64,000 bases of DNA from an uncultured Thermoleophilia bacterium (GCA_963736945.1 CAVTQW010000009.1:199201-263200), one strand, 5' to 3'; positions 11,071 through 22,243 are shown, counted from the first letter of the stretch. The notes: generated from the sequence alone by a model not told the origin. Numbers and translations are program-made.

Positions 11071-11277
11071 ATGTTCGAGCTATTTGTCAACAGTGACCTG
11101 ATCCGGCAGCAGATGCAGGATCAGGTCGAGATGCGATCTCAAACGACCCGAACGCCAAGCCCGCCGCGTCGGCGTTCCCTGTTCAGGGGCAGACGTCTTG
11201 CCAACCGACCTGATCCGCCGGTTCACGCAGCCTCCTACCGCACGTATGGGCCCGGCCCGTCCACGCCGAGCTCGTGA
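11071..11277 (+). CDS. Small hypothetical protein divergent from LacI
   Basis: RBS-like aaaggtagga before ATG; directly behind the operators. Confidence 0.5.
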   Translation: MFELFVNSDLIRQQMQDQVEMRSQTTRTPSPPRRRSLFRGRRLANRPDPPVHAASYRTYGPGPSTPSS

Positions 11278-11602
11278 ACCGTGATGGTCGACGGATCGCC
11301 CCTCGGGTCGGACACACAGCGGCGGCGAGTCGAGATGCGAGTGCGCCATGCGCGACTCGTTGCCCGCTGGCTGCCGGGGCCGCCGACCACCGCGGGTCGG
11401 CGGAGCCCAGGCGGCGTCGGTCGAACAGATCAGACGCGCGCGTTCACCAGCCATGCGATTGGCTTGCGATTGCCGGTCGAGATGGCTGCGATGTTGGCGA
11501 GCGCCGAGCCGAGTCATCCGGCGCCGCGGCCGGGACGGCGTGCCTGACGCGCCAGACGAACATGGGTGCCGGCGCGTCTGACTGGACGTTTGTTGCAGGT
11601 CC

Positions 11603-12544
11603 CTACGAGGTCGTCGTCGGCGCGGAGGACCTCGAGGCGGCTCGCGAGGTCGCTGGAGCCGCGGTGACACCTACTCCGTGGACATCGAGTTCGATGTATG
11701 GGAGTCCCGGATCGACGAGGAGTTCGGGGTGGATGAGGTAGGCGAGTTGGGCCACACCGTCGGCGAGTCGCGGCGCCGGTCGTGCGTAGTAGGCGTTCGA
11801 GTCGACGGCGACCGCGCGGCAGCCGAGCGGCGGAAGCGTCGCTTCGCGGGCCGCGCGTGTGTGGTCGAAGCCGCACGGGGCGACGACGACGAGTTCCGGC
11901 CGGTGCTCGCGCACCGTTTCCCATGAGGTCGGGTAGGAGGGAGCGCCTGCTCTTCCCAGCACGTCGCGGCCGCCGGCGAGGGCGACCATCTCCGGGATCC
12001 AGTGTCCGGCGGCGTAGGGCGGCTCGAGCCATTCGGCGACGAAGACCGGCCGCCGCGATGCCTCGCTGACGCGCTCGCTCACGGCCGCGACCTTCGCCTC
12101 CATCTCGTCGACGACCGTGTGGCCTCGCGCCGGCACGCCGAGCAGGTCGGCGAGCGAGAGGATGCGCTCTTCGATCTCCGCGAGCGTGTGCGCGTCGAGG
12201 GTGACGACCTCGACGTCGGTGGCGCAGAGCTCGTCGATCGTGTCGCTGGAGACGGCGCAGACCGAGCAGAGGTTCTGGGTCAGGATCAGGTCGGGCTCGA
12301 GTGCCTCGAGCAGCTCGCGGTCGATCGCGTACAGGGGCCGTCCGTCGCCGAGCGCCTTGCGCACGGACTGGTCGATCTCGAGACTGGACAGCCGTGCCAT
12401 GTCGACGCGGGAGGCGGTCACGACCGGCAGCGCCCGCACCTCGGGCGGCCAGTCGCACTCCTCCGAGACGGCAACCAGCGACTCGACGAGCCCGAGCGAG
12501 GCGACGATCTCGGTCGCACTCGGAAGCAAGGAGCAGATCCGCAT
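11603..12544 (-). CDS. BtuF-like cobalamin/iron-siderophore binding protein (no signal peptide)
   Basis: MRICSLLPSATEIV, LEPDLILTQNLCSVCAV, EWLEPPYAAGHW, YARPAPRL. Confidence 0.85.
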   Translation of the reverse strand: MRICSLLPSATEIVASLGLVESLVAVSEECDWPPEVRALPVVTASRVDMARLSSLEIDQSVRKALGDGRPLYAIDRELLEALEPDLILTQNLCSVCAVSSDTIDELCATDVEVVTLDAHTLAEIEERILSLADLLGVPARGHTVVDEMEAKVAAVSERVSEASRRPVFVAEWLEPPYAAGHWIPEMVALAGGRDVLGRAGAPSYPTSWETVREHRPELVVVAPCGFDHTRAAREATLPPLGCRAVAVDSNAYYARPAPRLADGVAQLAYLIHPELLVDPGLPYIELDVHGVGVTAAPATSRAASRSSAPTTTS

Positions 12545-12551
12545 CGGTCAG

Positions 12552-13295
12552 TCAGCCCGTCCAGGCCGGTCTCAGGTCGCAGAAGACGAATCCGTCGCGC
12601 TCGACGATCTCTCCTCGTTCGCAGGCGATCGGCTCGGCGAAGATCGGGCCCGCGGAGACGAAGGTGTGGAACTCGCCGTTCTCGCCGCAGGCGTCAACGC
12701 CTGCCGGCAGCGCGGCCAGCAGCCGCTCGTCGTAGCGGCGGCCGGCGAAGGAGGGATCGAGCGCGCGCGGATCGACGCAGACGAGTGTCGCCTCGAACCC
12801 TGCGTCGAGGAACTCGCGCGCGAGTGCGCTCGTGTCCCGCCCCCAGAGCGGGAAGAGGCCGCGCCTACCGCCCGAAGCGAGCCGTTCTTCGCGGTAGGCG
12901 CGAACATCCTCGAGGAACAGGTCGCCGAACGCGACCGCCTCGACGTCGGACAGCGGAGCCGCAGCGAAGGCTTCGGCCATCCGCGCCTCGTACACATCGT
13001 TGCCGCACCCCGGCGGGATCACGACCTCGACGAGCGGCAGGCCGAGCGCCTCCGCCTGCCGCGCAAGCAGCTCGCGCCGGACGCCGTGCATGCTGATCCG
13101 CTCGTAGCGCTCGGTGACGGTGGTGATCAGCGCTTCCGGCTCGAGCCGCTCGCGGCGCAGCGTCCAGAGGGCGAGAGCCGAGTCCTTGCCGCCGCTCCAC
13201 GAAAGCGCGAAAGGCGTGTGCCGCGGCCGCTCTGCGGGCGCAGCGTCTCCGTCCCGCGAAAGTTGCCGCCGCGACTGGATCGTGTGTCCGCTCAT
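12552..13295 (-). CDS. DUF71/diphthamide-synthase-like PP-loop ATPase
   Basis: SWSGGKDS PP-loop, FGDLFLEDVRAYRE, DACGENGEFHTFV. Confidence 0.9.
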   Translation of the reverse strand: MSGHTIQSRRQLSRDGDAAPAERPRHTPFALSWSGGKDSALALWTLRRERLEPEALITTVTERYERISMHGVRRELLARQAEALGLPLVEVVIPPGCGNDVYEARMAEAFAAAPLSDVEAVAFGDLFLEDVRAYREERLASGGRRGLFPLWGRDTSALAREFLDAGFEATLVCVDPRALDPSFAGRRYDERLLAALPAGVDACGENGEFHTFVSAGPIFAEPIACERGEIVERDGFVFCDLRPAWTG

Positions 13296-13384
13296 GAAAA
13301 CCTCCACGTCTGCGGAGGAAGAGGCCCGGCGGCGGCTGCCGCCCGAACCGCCCTTCCTCAGAGGGCTGGCGTCCGTTCGGCGCA

Positions 13385-13482
13385 AAGCGGTCGACCTGGC
13401 TCATCCCCATAAAGGCGGGGCATCGCAGTTGCGCGACAGCGCCGGATTCACACCGGACTTCGCCGTCTCTACACCGGCCGGG
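13385..13482 (-). ncRNA. Cobalamin riboswitch
   Basis: Minus strand reads gcgaagtccggtgtgaatccggcgctgtcgcgcaactgcga...gagccaggtcgacc (B12 box); upstream of B12-linked genes. Confidence 0.85.
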
Positions 13483-13767
13483 GATATGTACCCGACCTGC
13501 GGAGGATACCCCGCACCGGCAGCTGGATCCGCTCGCGACTCACCTCGACCCACGACCCCCCGTCCGCTTGTTGTTCATGCCGGTGAGCCGTTTCTCGGTA
13601 GCCGAGCCAGGCGCCGAGCGCAGCGGCGGAGGGCTCAGGCGGCGACAGCGTCAGCGGCGGGCGCCAAGGGGTTGTTGTGCGCTGTCTTTGGTGGAATATA
13701 CTGCGCCCGTTTCCTGAATTTCGAATGGTGGCCGAACGAATTTGCGGCCGGCCGGAGGAGGGCTGAA

Positions 13768-14013
13768 GTGTCGACGTACCAGCGTGTCAGGGACGTGCTC
13801 GCAGACGGCGAGTGGCACAGCATCGAGGAACTGCGAAAGGTCAGTCGCTTCCCGGAACGGTGGCTCGAGGAACTTCGCAAGGACGGATTGGAAGTGATGG
13901 TGGATTCCTGCGAAGGGAACGTGGCGCTCGTCGGCGGCCCGGGGACCATCATGCGACGACCGGACCGACGCGCTCAGCGGGGAGTCCGAGCACGTGGTTC
14001 TGGGGCGTGCTGA
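13768..14013 (+). CDS. Small winged-helix-like hypothetical protein
   Basis: RBS ggaggag then GTG; STYQRVRDVLADGEWHSIEELRK resembles an HTH start. Confidence 0.5.
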   Translation: MSTYQRVRDVLADGEWHSIEELRKVSRFPERWLEELRKDGLEVMVDSCEGNVALVGGPGTIMRRPDRRAQRGVRARGSGAC

Positions 14014-14073
14014 TGAGGTAACGGCCTGGCAAACGAGGCGAACGAGGCACCGTCGCGGGCCTACGATCGGAGT

Positions 14074-14542
14074 CGTGCTCTACCTCTATGGTTGTCCCGT
14101 CTCGGAGCAGGCTGCCCGCAATCTCATTGCGACGCTGATCAGCGACGGCGCAGCCGACGGGCTCGCCGCAGCCGGCCAGATCGATGACGCCCTCCACAAG
14201 GATCGAGTTGCTACGGGGCTGTCCCCCGAGATGCGGGACGCGGTCTTCGCCGCCCTCGCCGACCCGCCACCGGAACTGACCGAGCTTCGCGATCGGCTCG
14301 GTCGCGATGTCGCACACAGAGGGACCGGTCAGGCTTCCGAGCCGAGTTCGCTCTCGCGGCGCTACCGCCTGATTCTGATCGGCAAGGACCGCGATCGCAC
14401 GCGCCTCGTTCTGGCTCTGGACGCCCAACCGCACGTGGGCGACCACCTCGCCGTCCCGTCTGCCGGCGAGGTCGTCGTCCACCACGTCTCACCGTCCCAG
14501 AGCACCGGCATCGACGGCGTCATCATCGCCGGCAGCGCGTAG
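14074..14542 (+). CDS. Hypothetical protein
   Basis: Protein-like composition in the ORF 13994..14542 frame; start uncertain. Confidence 0.5.
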
Positions 14543-14853
14543 TCGTCATCATCTGGTGGCGGTTATTGGCTCTGCCGAGCCGCCGGTCGGCTCGGTGGTC
14601 GTCCCGTACTGGCGCGTCGGCAAAATCGCTTGGCGAGCTCCCACGGGCGAACGTCATGGCCCAGGAGTTGCGTGGCCGGCAAGGTAACGAGCTCGTAGGT
14701 GCCGTCGAGCTCGAAGTTCGTCGGGTCGCCGTCGTGCGAACGACGGGCAGGCCGCCCGCGCAGCCGGCGATGGATGTCGAGGTGCGTCGAGTAGACGGTC
14801 GGGATGACGCGCACGATCGCCTGGGTCGTGCGGGGCAGGCGACTCCGACGCGT

Positions 14854-16005
14854 TCAGACCGACGTGCGGAGCGCTCGAGCCTCGGCGCGCGCTTCGCGCC
14901 ACCAGAGGATCTCGTAGGCGTGGAATGTGACCCAGACCGCCGCCACGAGCGCAAGTGCGACGAGCGCCGGCACCACCAGCGCGATCGGGAACAGGGCCGC
15001 GCAGGTAATCGCCGCGACAAGGCGCCCGCGGCCGAGCGTTCCGCTGATCCGCAGTCGCAGCGCAACGAACGCGAGCAGGTAGATGGCGGGGCCGACGCAC
15101 AGCGCGAAGGCGGAGACCGGGTCGAGCTTGTCTCTCACATGGGCGAGTGTGACCTCCATCGCGAACGCGAAGAGCACGATCCCCGCCACCATCGGGAGGT
15201 GGAGGTAGGAGTAGACGTCGCGTGCGAAGGCGATCCGTTCAGTGCCCTCCCGCTCGTCGAGAAGCTGCTGCGCGCGGATCGGGAAGTAGTCGAAGTACGC
15301 CAGCCACAAAGAGGTGGCGACGACGAGACCGAGCAGGGCTGCCACGACCTCCCCGCCGCCGAGACCGGTGCTTCGAGCCCCGAGGCCGATCGCGATCAGC
15401 GACTCGCCGATCGCGATGATCACGATCAGTCCGTGGCGCTCGATGAAATGCGCGGGCTGAATGCGCCAGCCTTCCACGCCTTCGAACAGCGGCCCGAGGA
15501 AGCCGATCGCAAGCGCGATGACCCAGAGCCCGGTCCTGACGCCACCTTCGAAGAACCCTGCGGCGAGGATCAACGCCGCGCCCAGGAAGTTGAACGGGGC
15601 GACGCGGAGAATGGCGACGAGGAGGTCGCGGTCGGGCCGCGCGGACAGTGCGTACAGCGCGAGGTACATCGCGTTCACGATCAGGAATGCGACACCGAAG
15701 AGGACGCCATCGGTACCGAACGCCGCGGGTACCGCGAGCGCGGCGACGAACATTGCCGCCATCGCCACGAGGATCGCTGCGAGCACGGCGTCCTCGCCCG
15801 CGTCAAAGGTGTTCGTGAGCCAGGCGTAGGACGCCCACGCCCACCAGAGCGCCGTGAGGATCAAGAGCCCATGCCCGACTCCAGCCCAGGTCGGCTCGCC
15901 GAGAAACACCGTCGTCACCTGCGTGAACCCGAAAACGAACACGAGGTCGAAGAAGAGCTCGAGCGGCGTGATCCGATGCTCGAGCTCAATGGCCTGCTCA
16001 CTCAC
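14854..16005 (-). CDS. ltrA: Low temperature requirement protein A family membrane protein
   Basis: TPLELFFDLVFVF, HFIERHGLIVIIAIGES, YSYLHLPMVAGIV. Confidence 0.9.
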   Translation of the reverse strand: MSEQAIELEHRITPLELFFDLVFVFGFTQVTTVFLGEPTWAGVGHGLLILTALWWAWASYAWLTNTFDAGEDAVLAAILVAMAAMFVAALAVPAAFGTDGVLFGVAFLIVNAMYLALYALSARPDRDLLVAILRVAPFNFLGAALILAAGFFEGGVRTGLWVIALAIGFLGPLFEGVEGWRIQPAHFIERHGLIVIIAIGESLIAIGLGARSTGLGGGEVVAALLGLVVATSLWLAYFDYFPIRAQQLLDEREGTERIAFARDVYSYLHLPMVAGIVLFAFAMEVTLAHVRDKLDPVSAFALCVGPAIYLLAFVALRLRISGTLGRGRLVAAITCAALFPIALVVPALVALALVAAVWVTFHAYEILWWREARAEARALRTSV

Positions 16006-16421
16006 AGGGACGAGGCTAACGCCGAGGGATGGTCTCCGTCACGACCTCCCCGATCCGGGTGTCACGGAGTCCCTCGCGTCCCGTCAGGCGGGGATGGGTG
16101 GGTGCCGCGCGCCGATCCGCGCGTGGTTCGGCCGGACGCGGTAGCTCGCTAGGCGGCCACACGCTCCCAGGCCCTACGTCGATCGCCGCGGCCAGCAAGC
16201 AGGCTCCGTCGCTCGGAGCGCGACCGGAGGGAGGGTCGGGTGGGGACGCACGCCCAGGCGAGCGCTGTTCTGTCAAATCTGGGGCGGAATCAACAGGACC
16301 GGGCCGTTCGGGAGTGAAGGGGTGGTTGCATCGGTCGTATCGGCCTTCAGTTCCTTTCGCGATGGGCGTAGCGTGGTCGGGGCAGCGGCGAACCAACCCC
16401 CCAACAGAAGGAGCTCTTCTC

Positions 16422-17138
16422 ATGAGCGACTCGGACACGACGACTGTGGTCCTTGTTCATGGCGGATTCGTGGACGGCTCAGGCTGGCAGGGCGTCTACG
16501 AACACCTCAAGAAGGACGGCCACAGCGTCAGTGTCGTCCAGAATCCGACGCTCTCGCTCGCCGACGACGTTGCCGTGACCACGCGGGCGATCGACGCGGC
16601 GGGCGAGCCGGTCATCCTCGTCGGCCATTCATACGGTGGGGTCGTCGTCACCGAGGCGGGCACGCATCCAAAGGTTGCAGCGCTCGTCTACATCGCGGCC
16701 TTTGCACCGGACAACGGCGAGTCGGTCAACACCCTCATCGCAGATCCACCGCCCGGCGCACCCGTGCCGCCGATCCTGCCCCCGCAGGACGGGTTCCTGT
16801 TCCTCGACCGGGACAAGTTCCACGCGTCATTCGCGGGCGACCTGAGCGCCGAGCAGGCCGCCTTCATGGCCGACTCCCAGGTCCCGTGGGGCGTTGACGC
16901 CCTGGGCGGCACGATCAGCGAACCAGCGTGGCGAAGCAAGCCAAGCTGGTACCTCATCGCGACCGAAGACCGGATGATCCCTCCACCGGCCCAGCGCGAG
17001 ATGTCGGCGCGCGCGGGTTCGACCGTGGTCGAGGTCGCGGGCAGCCACTCGATCTACGTCTCGCAACCCGCGGCCGTGGCCGATCTCATTCGGACGGCCG
17101 TCAACGCCACGATCCCTTCCGCGGACGGGGAGGCCTAG
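16422..17138 (+). CDS. Alpha/beta hydrolase
   Basis: VLVHGG, GHSYGG nucleophile elbow, EDRMIPP, GSHS; RBS gaaggag. Confidence 0.9.
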   Translation: MSDSDTTTVVLVHGGFVDGSGWQGVYEHLKKDGHSVSVVQNPTLSLADDVAVTTRAIDAAGEPVILVGHSYGGVVVTEAGTHPKVAALVYIAAFAPDNGESVNTLIADPPPGAPVPPILPPQDGFLFLDRDKFHASFAGDLSAEQAAFMADSQVPWGVDALGGTISEPAWRSKPSWYLIATEDRMIPPPAQREMSARAGSTVVEVAGSHSIYVSQPAAVADLIRTAVNATIPSADGEA

Positions 17139-17499
17139 CGTTTCCAGGCGGAGAAGCTAGAACTCGAAGGCTCCCGGACGGGCGCTGGCGCGCCGGCGGC
17201 CGCTGGTGGAAGACGCCGGGCTCGAAGGGCAGCAATGTCGAGGCGGTCGACTCGGGCTCCGGGCCGAGCGAGCCTAATGCTGCACGCGCTCCGCGCCGCC
17301 GGCCGCTTCTCTTCATAGCGCCGCCCCATCGCGATCGTCGTGGTGATGATCCCGCGCCGTGCGCGTAAGAAGGGTCGTGGGATCAGAGGCGCGAGCGGAG
17401 CGCAGACGCCGGATCTCTCTCCGCAGGTTTACCGCATCCACAGGGGTGGTGGGTCGAGACTCGATTGCGGGGACAAGCACGACTGAAGGGAGGAAGACG

Positions 17500-17880
17500 C
17501 CGAATTAAGAGACGCACGAAGGTGCTCGCGGCTGCGGCTGCGGGCCTCACGGCCCTCGGGGCATTCGCCGCGGCCGGCGCCGCGAGGCCCTCGATCGACC
17601 TCACGTCGGTGCCGTTCGCAAACGCGAAGGTGGCGGGACGCTCGGCGCCGAACCTGGTCTCGCCCGAGCTGCAGGACGTCGCCTGGGCGCAGGGCTCGAA
17701 CCCCGGTCGAGAACCCGTCCAACAACGTCGTCGCCTACGGCTACCTCGGAACCGGCACCTTCCTGCCGGTTTCGAGCAGCTTCGTGTCGCCAACGCCGGG
17801 CCCGCCGAGCGTCACGATCGGCCAGGCGACCCCGGTCGAGGCGCAGAAGACGGAGCCGGACAAGAACACGTACTTCGTCG
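17500..17880 (+). pseudogene. N-terminal fragment of a secreted PhoX/DUF839-like phosphatase
   Basis: Signal peptide, then LVSPELQDVAWAQGS and EAQKTEPDKNTYFV; truncated. Confidence 0.5.
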
Positions 17881-17934
17881 GATTCACGTCCTCTGGTTTG
17901 GGATCTCGATCGGATCGGATCAGGCCGAGAGCGG

Positions 17935-18158
17935 TATCCGTTTGGCCTCCTCACGATGATCGTGTCGCTCGAGGCGATCTTCCTGTCCACCTTCGTCATG
18001 ATCAGCCAGAACCCGTGCCGACGCGAAGCGGCAAGTGGTCGCCAATCTGCAATGGCAAACCGTTCAGGAAGAAGACAGCCAGAACGTTCACCTACTCGAG
18101 TTCTCGAACCAGATTCTCGAGCTCACGAACCCAGTCCACGACTTCACCACGCGACTGA
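17935..18158 (+). pseudogene. DUF1003 membrane protein C-terminal fragment
   Basis: LLTMIVSLEAIFLSTFVMISQN signature. Confidence 0.65.
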
Positions 18159-18357
18159 CAGACCCCCGCGAAGGAGGGAATGAGTCCTCACCGGACGAGA
18201 GCAGCGGCACGTGAAGAACCAGCCGACCAAGCTCACACGCGCAGCAGTTCAGGGATTCGGGCCTCGAGATTGTGGCGGATACCGGTTCTGACCCTCGGGA
18301 ACGGTCGCGTCACGGACGACCATCGCTGGGGGTGGGCCCCTGTCGGCTGAGCGATCG

Positions 18358-20704
18358 TTGAGTCTCACCTTGCTCTACGCCGCAGAGCCGGGACGGAGGA
18401 GCCGCCGCACGACCGATGGTGTGCTTCTTGCAGTCGGAGCGTTCGTCGTCGGTCTGGGAGCGGTTATCGCCGAGTCGGCCTCGGCTGAAGATGAGGACGT
18501 CGAGCAGGCGGTGGTCACGGTGCTCGGGTGGGCGCCGGCGCTCTGGCGTGTCGCCCTCCTGGGTGCGCTCGTCCTGGCGTGCGCGATCGTCGCGGACTCG
18601 CTGTTGCAACGTCGGTGGGCGTTGGTTCGCGATCTCGCGGCCGGTGTGATCGTCGTCGCCGGGCTCGCGAGCCTCCTCGGTCGTCTCGTCGATGGCGATT
18701 GGCTCCCGGCCGAGGCGCGATCTCTGGTCGCGGTGGGGGTTCCCCGAGCTCCGGCTCGCGTTCGTGGTCGCCGTTCTCGTCGTCGCCGGCCCCGAGCTCA
18801 TCCGACCCGTGCGCACCGTTGCACATTGGCTCGTTCTCGTGGCGGCCGTCGGCACGGTCGCACTCGAGGCGGCCTCTCCGTCCCGCGCAGCGGCCGGCCT
18901 CGCACTCGGTCTCGCGGCAGGTGCCATCGTTCGGCTCGCGCTCGGATCGGCAGCGGGCGTGCCGCGCATCGAGCGCGTGCGCGACGCGCTCGCTGCGCTC
19001 GGCGTCCAGATGCAGCGACTTGCGCTTGCGGAGCGGCAGCGAGTCGGCGCGGCGCTGTTTGTCGGCCACGACACGGACGGGAGCTCGCTGAAGGTGCGGG
19101 TGCTCGGCCGGGACGCGCAGGACACTCAGCGGCTGGCTCGTCGCTGGCGGCTTCTCGCCTACCGTGACCCACCGCGGAGTGCACCGGTCGGACGCCTGGA
19201 GCAGGTCGAGCACGAAGCCGTAGCGACGCTGATGGCTTCGCAAGCCGGTGTTCGTGTCCCGAGGTCGTCGCCGTCGGTCTTGGCCCCGAGAACGACGCGC
19301 TCGTGGTGACGCGCCAGCCGGACGTCGAGCCGCTCGAGTTCGCGAGCGCCGACCAGGTGAGCGACGCGTCCTCGAGGATCTCTTGCGACAAGTCGCGCGG
19401 CTCCACGCGGCCGGCATTGCGCACGGCAGGCTCAACGCGAGCAATGTGCTCGTCGGCGACGACGGGCCGATGCTCGTCGACCTGTCGGCGGCGACGCTCG
19501 GAGCGCAACAGGCCCAGCTCGACATCGACCTGGCCGAGCTCCTCGTCGCCTGCACCGTGCTCGTCGGCCCGCAACGCGCATTGAGGAAGGCGGTCGGAGC
19601 CGGCTGGGGAGACGCGGTCGCCCGTGTCCTGCCGTACCTGCAGCGCTGCAGCACTGACACCGCATCTCCGAGATCTCGCCGCAGCACACGAGATCGACGC
19701 TCAAGGACCTCCGTACCTCCGTCGCCGCCACCACCGGCGCAACGGTGCCGGAGATCGACGCCGCTCCGTCGCATTCGCGCTCGGGACATCGTGCTGATGG
19801 CGGCCGTGATCTTCGCCGCCTATCTCCTGATCAGCCAGCTCGCCGAGATCGGCTTCGACACGATCGCCGACGAGCTGGGGAAGGCCGACCTCGCCTGGGT
19901 GGTCGTTGCGCTGCTCCTCGCCCAGTCCACCTTCGTCCCGTCAGGCATCTCGGCACGAGGCGGGGTGGCGACGCCGCTCCCACTGCTGCCCTCGTCGTCG
20001 CTCCAGTCGGCGCTCAAGTTCATCAACCTGACCGTGCCGAGCTCGGCAGGCCGAATCGCGACAAACCTGCGCTGCCTGCAGCGGATGGGCGCACCCCGCG
20101 CCGAGGCAATCGCCGGCGGCGCCATCGACGACGCATCCAACACCATCGTCCAAGTCTCCGCTCCTGCTCGTCACGCTGCCGCTCGTGGGAGTGAACATCG
20201 ACACGAGCCAGTTCCAGGGCGCGGGACCCGACCGCCGTCTCCTGATCGCGATCGCCATCGCGCTCCTCGCCGGGGCCGTCGTCATTCTGGCGGTGCCGAA
20301 GGTCCGGGCCAAGGTCGTGCCGGGCATGCGGGGGGCGCTGTCCGGCCTGTGGAGTCGTCGCCGGAGACCGCCACAAGCGAATGGAGGTATTCGGCGGAAG
20401 CGTCGCCGCGGAGCTCCTGTACGCGCTCGCTCTGGGGGCGAGCTGTCTCGCCTACGACATCGACCTCAACCTGGCGCAGCTCGTCTTCGTCAACACCTCG
20501 GCCGCCGTGCTCTCGGGTCTGATCCCTGTTCCGGGAGGGATCGGCGCCGCCGAGGCCGCACTGTCGGCCGGTCTGATCGCGATGGGAGTCGATGAGTCGA
20601 CGGCCTTCGCAGTCGCGATCACCCAGCGACTCTGCACGTTCTACCTGCCGCCAGTCTGGGGATACTTCTCACTGCGCTGGCTCAGTCGCAAGGGATATGT
20701 GTGA
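18358..20704 (+). CDS. Membrane protein with kinase-like domain and LPG-synthase/flippase TM domain (UPF0104-like), multiple frameshifts
   Basis: RRTTDGVLL, KVRVLGRDAQD, QVEHEAVATL, LHAAGIAHGRL, PVPGGIGAAEAAL..RLCTFYLPPVWG across frames. Confidence 0.75.
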
Positions 20705-21589
20705 GCGGCCGACCCCACCGGGCCCCATGGCGTCGTCGAAGTTCCATTGCGGCGACGCGGTCCGCCAGAAGATCGGGCACGGGAGGGTCATTGCGGTCAC
20801 GAAGACACCGCAAACCAGAGGGATCTGAGGGGAGATGGTCGGGCTTCTGTTCGCACCTCGTTGCGTGAACCCCGATCACTTGGAGGCCGTCACGCCGTCG
20901 GAGAACCGGCGTAGGGCAGCGGCGGCTCGGCGGATTGCCTCCCGCCGAAACCTCGCCGACACGCTCGGCGTAGTCGAACTGCGGGTTCACGCCGCATCGA
21001 GCGAATGCGCAAAGTTTCCGGCGCTGACGCGTCTACATAGGTGCGGGCCGCGAGTGGGTTGGGGGAGGACACTTCGCGCCCGTCTTCCATGAAGGCCGGC
21101 GGAGCGCCGCCCCAGCGGCGCTCCCGGCCGGATTACGAACGGGATCTCCGCGGGCAACGCGACGTTTCCGGCGGTCCGCGTCTACCGAGGTGTGGGCGCG
21201 AAGGTAATCCCCGACTCGCGTCCTCTTCATGTCAGCCGGGAGCGCAGCTGCGGCAGGGCCGCTGCCGGCGGACGAAGCTGGACACTCGACGTGATCTTCG
21301 ACGCCCGGTTCCAGGCTGACGATGAACGGCGATGAGTGGCGTATTGACTCGCGCCCAGGGCGTCGTTCGGTTCATGCGGCGAGGCGGTATCGCGGAGGAC
21401 TCCGCCGAGTCGGTCTCGGCGCTCGAGGAGGCTCGTGGGCGAGTACGGGTTTGCGCGAGTATCGGGTCGATACGGGCAACGTCGGCTGTGCGCGGGCGCC
21501 GCACAGAGCAGCGCCCGCACTTCTAGCCTGTTCAGCGCGCGCTGTGCATCGTGCGGTCGCCACCGAACTCGAGGCGCGAGTCGGAGCGC

Positions 21590-21690
21590 ACTAGCGCCGG
21601 CAGCAGTGTCACCGCCAAATAGATGCCTGCCAGCCCGACGAGGCCGTAGACGATTCGCGTCACCGCGTTCGTCGTACCGAACGTTTTGTC
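21590..21690 (-). pseudogene. DUF378 membrane protein C-terminal fragment
   Basis: FGTTNAVTRIVYGLVGLAGIY. Confidence 0.55.
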
Positions 21691-21897
21691 ACGTTTCACA
21701 AGCTCAGCAACGACAGCTGCAAGGTGATGGTGCAGATCGACTGGGAGCCGCAAGGGATGCTGGAGTCGCTCGGCGCTGCGATCGGCTCCGACGATCGCCG
21801 GGTGAAGGCCGACCTGGAGCGGTTCAAGGAGATGATCGAGTCGCGCGGCAGCGAAACCGGCTCCTGGCGGGGCGAGGTCGAGCAGAGCGCGAGCTAG
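21688..21897 (+). pseudogene. SRPBCC/cyclase family C-terminal fragment
   Basis: VTFHKLSNDSCKVMVQIDWEPQG..RVKADLERFKEMIESRGSETGSWRGEV. Confidence 0.65.
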
Positions 21898-21902
21898 TTC
21901 AT

Positions 21903-21945
21903 GTCAAGTCGAGGGGCCTCGCGACCCGAGGCCCCTCGACTTGAC
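21903..21945. terminator. Perfect 19-bp inverted repeat, terminator-like
   Basis: gtcaagtcgaggggcctcg / cgaggcccctcgacttgac just after the SRPBCC stop. Confidence 0.75.
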
Positions 21946-22243
21946 GGCCGCGCTTCAACTCCACAGCTGACGCGTCAAACGCCTGTTTGAAGTCTCGCGA
22001 CATCTGTCTCCGTAGCGCTCCGCCGCGTTAGACCCGATGGCGCAGCGGGTATGCGGCGCTAACGGTCAGCCATAGAACGGGCGTCGGGGATCATCGGTCA
22101 CTATCCGCCCCTCACGGCCTGCGCCGTGATCGCTGCGAGGAAGACGGCGCGAGTCGGGTCGCACGTACTCAACAACGTCTTCCGACATCCGTCGTTGCTG
22201 GCGCTTCAAACTCGCACTCTCGGGCGTGTCGCAGCCGTTGTCT

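Noticed and set aside
11540-11660. DUF2007-like fragment (GPYEVVVGAEDLEAAREV)
   Set aside because: Too short and overlaps the BtuF 3' end; cannot be supported
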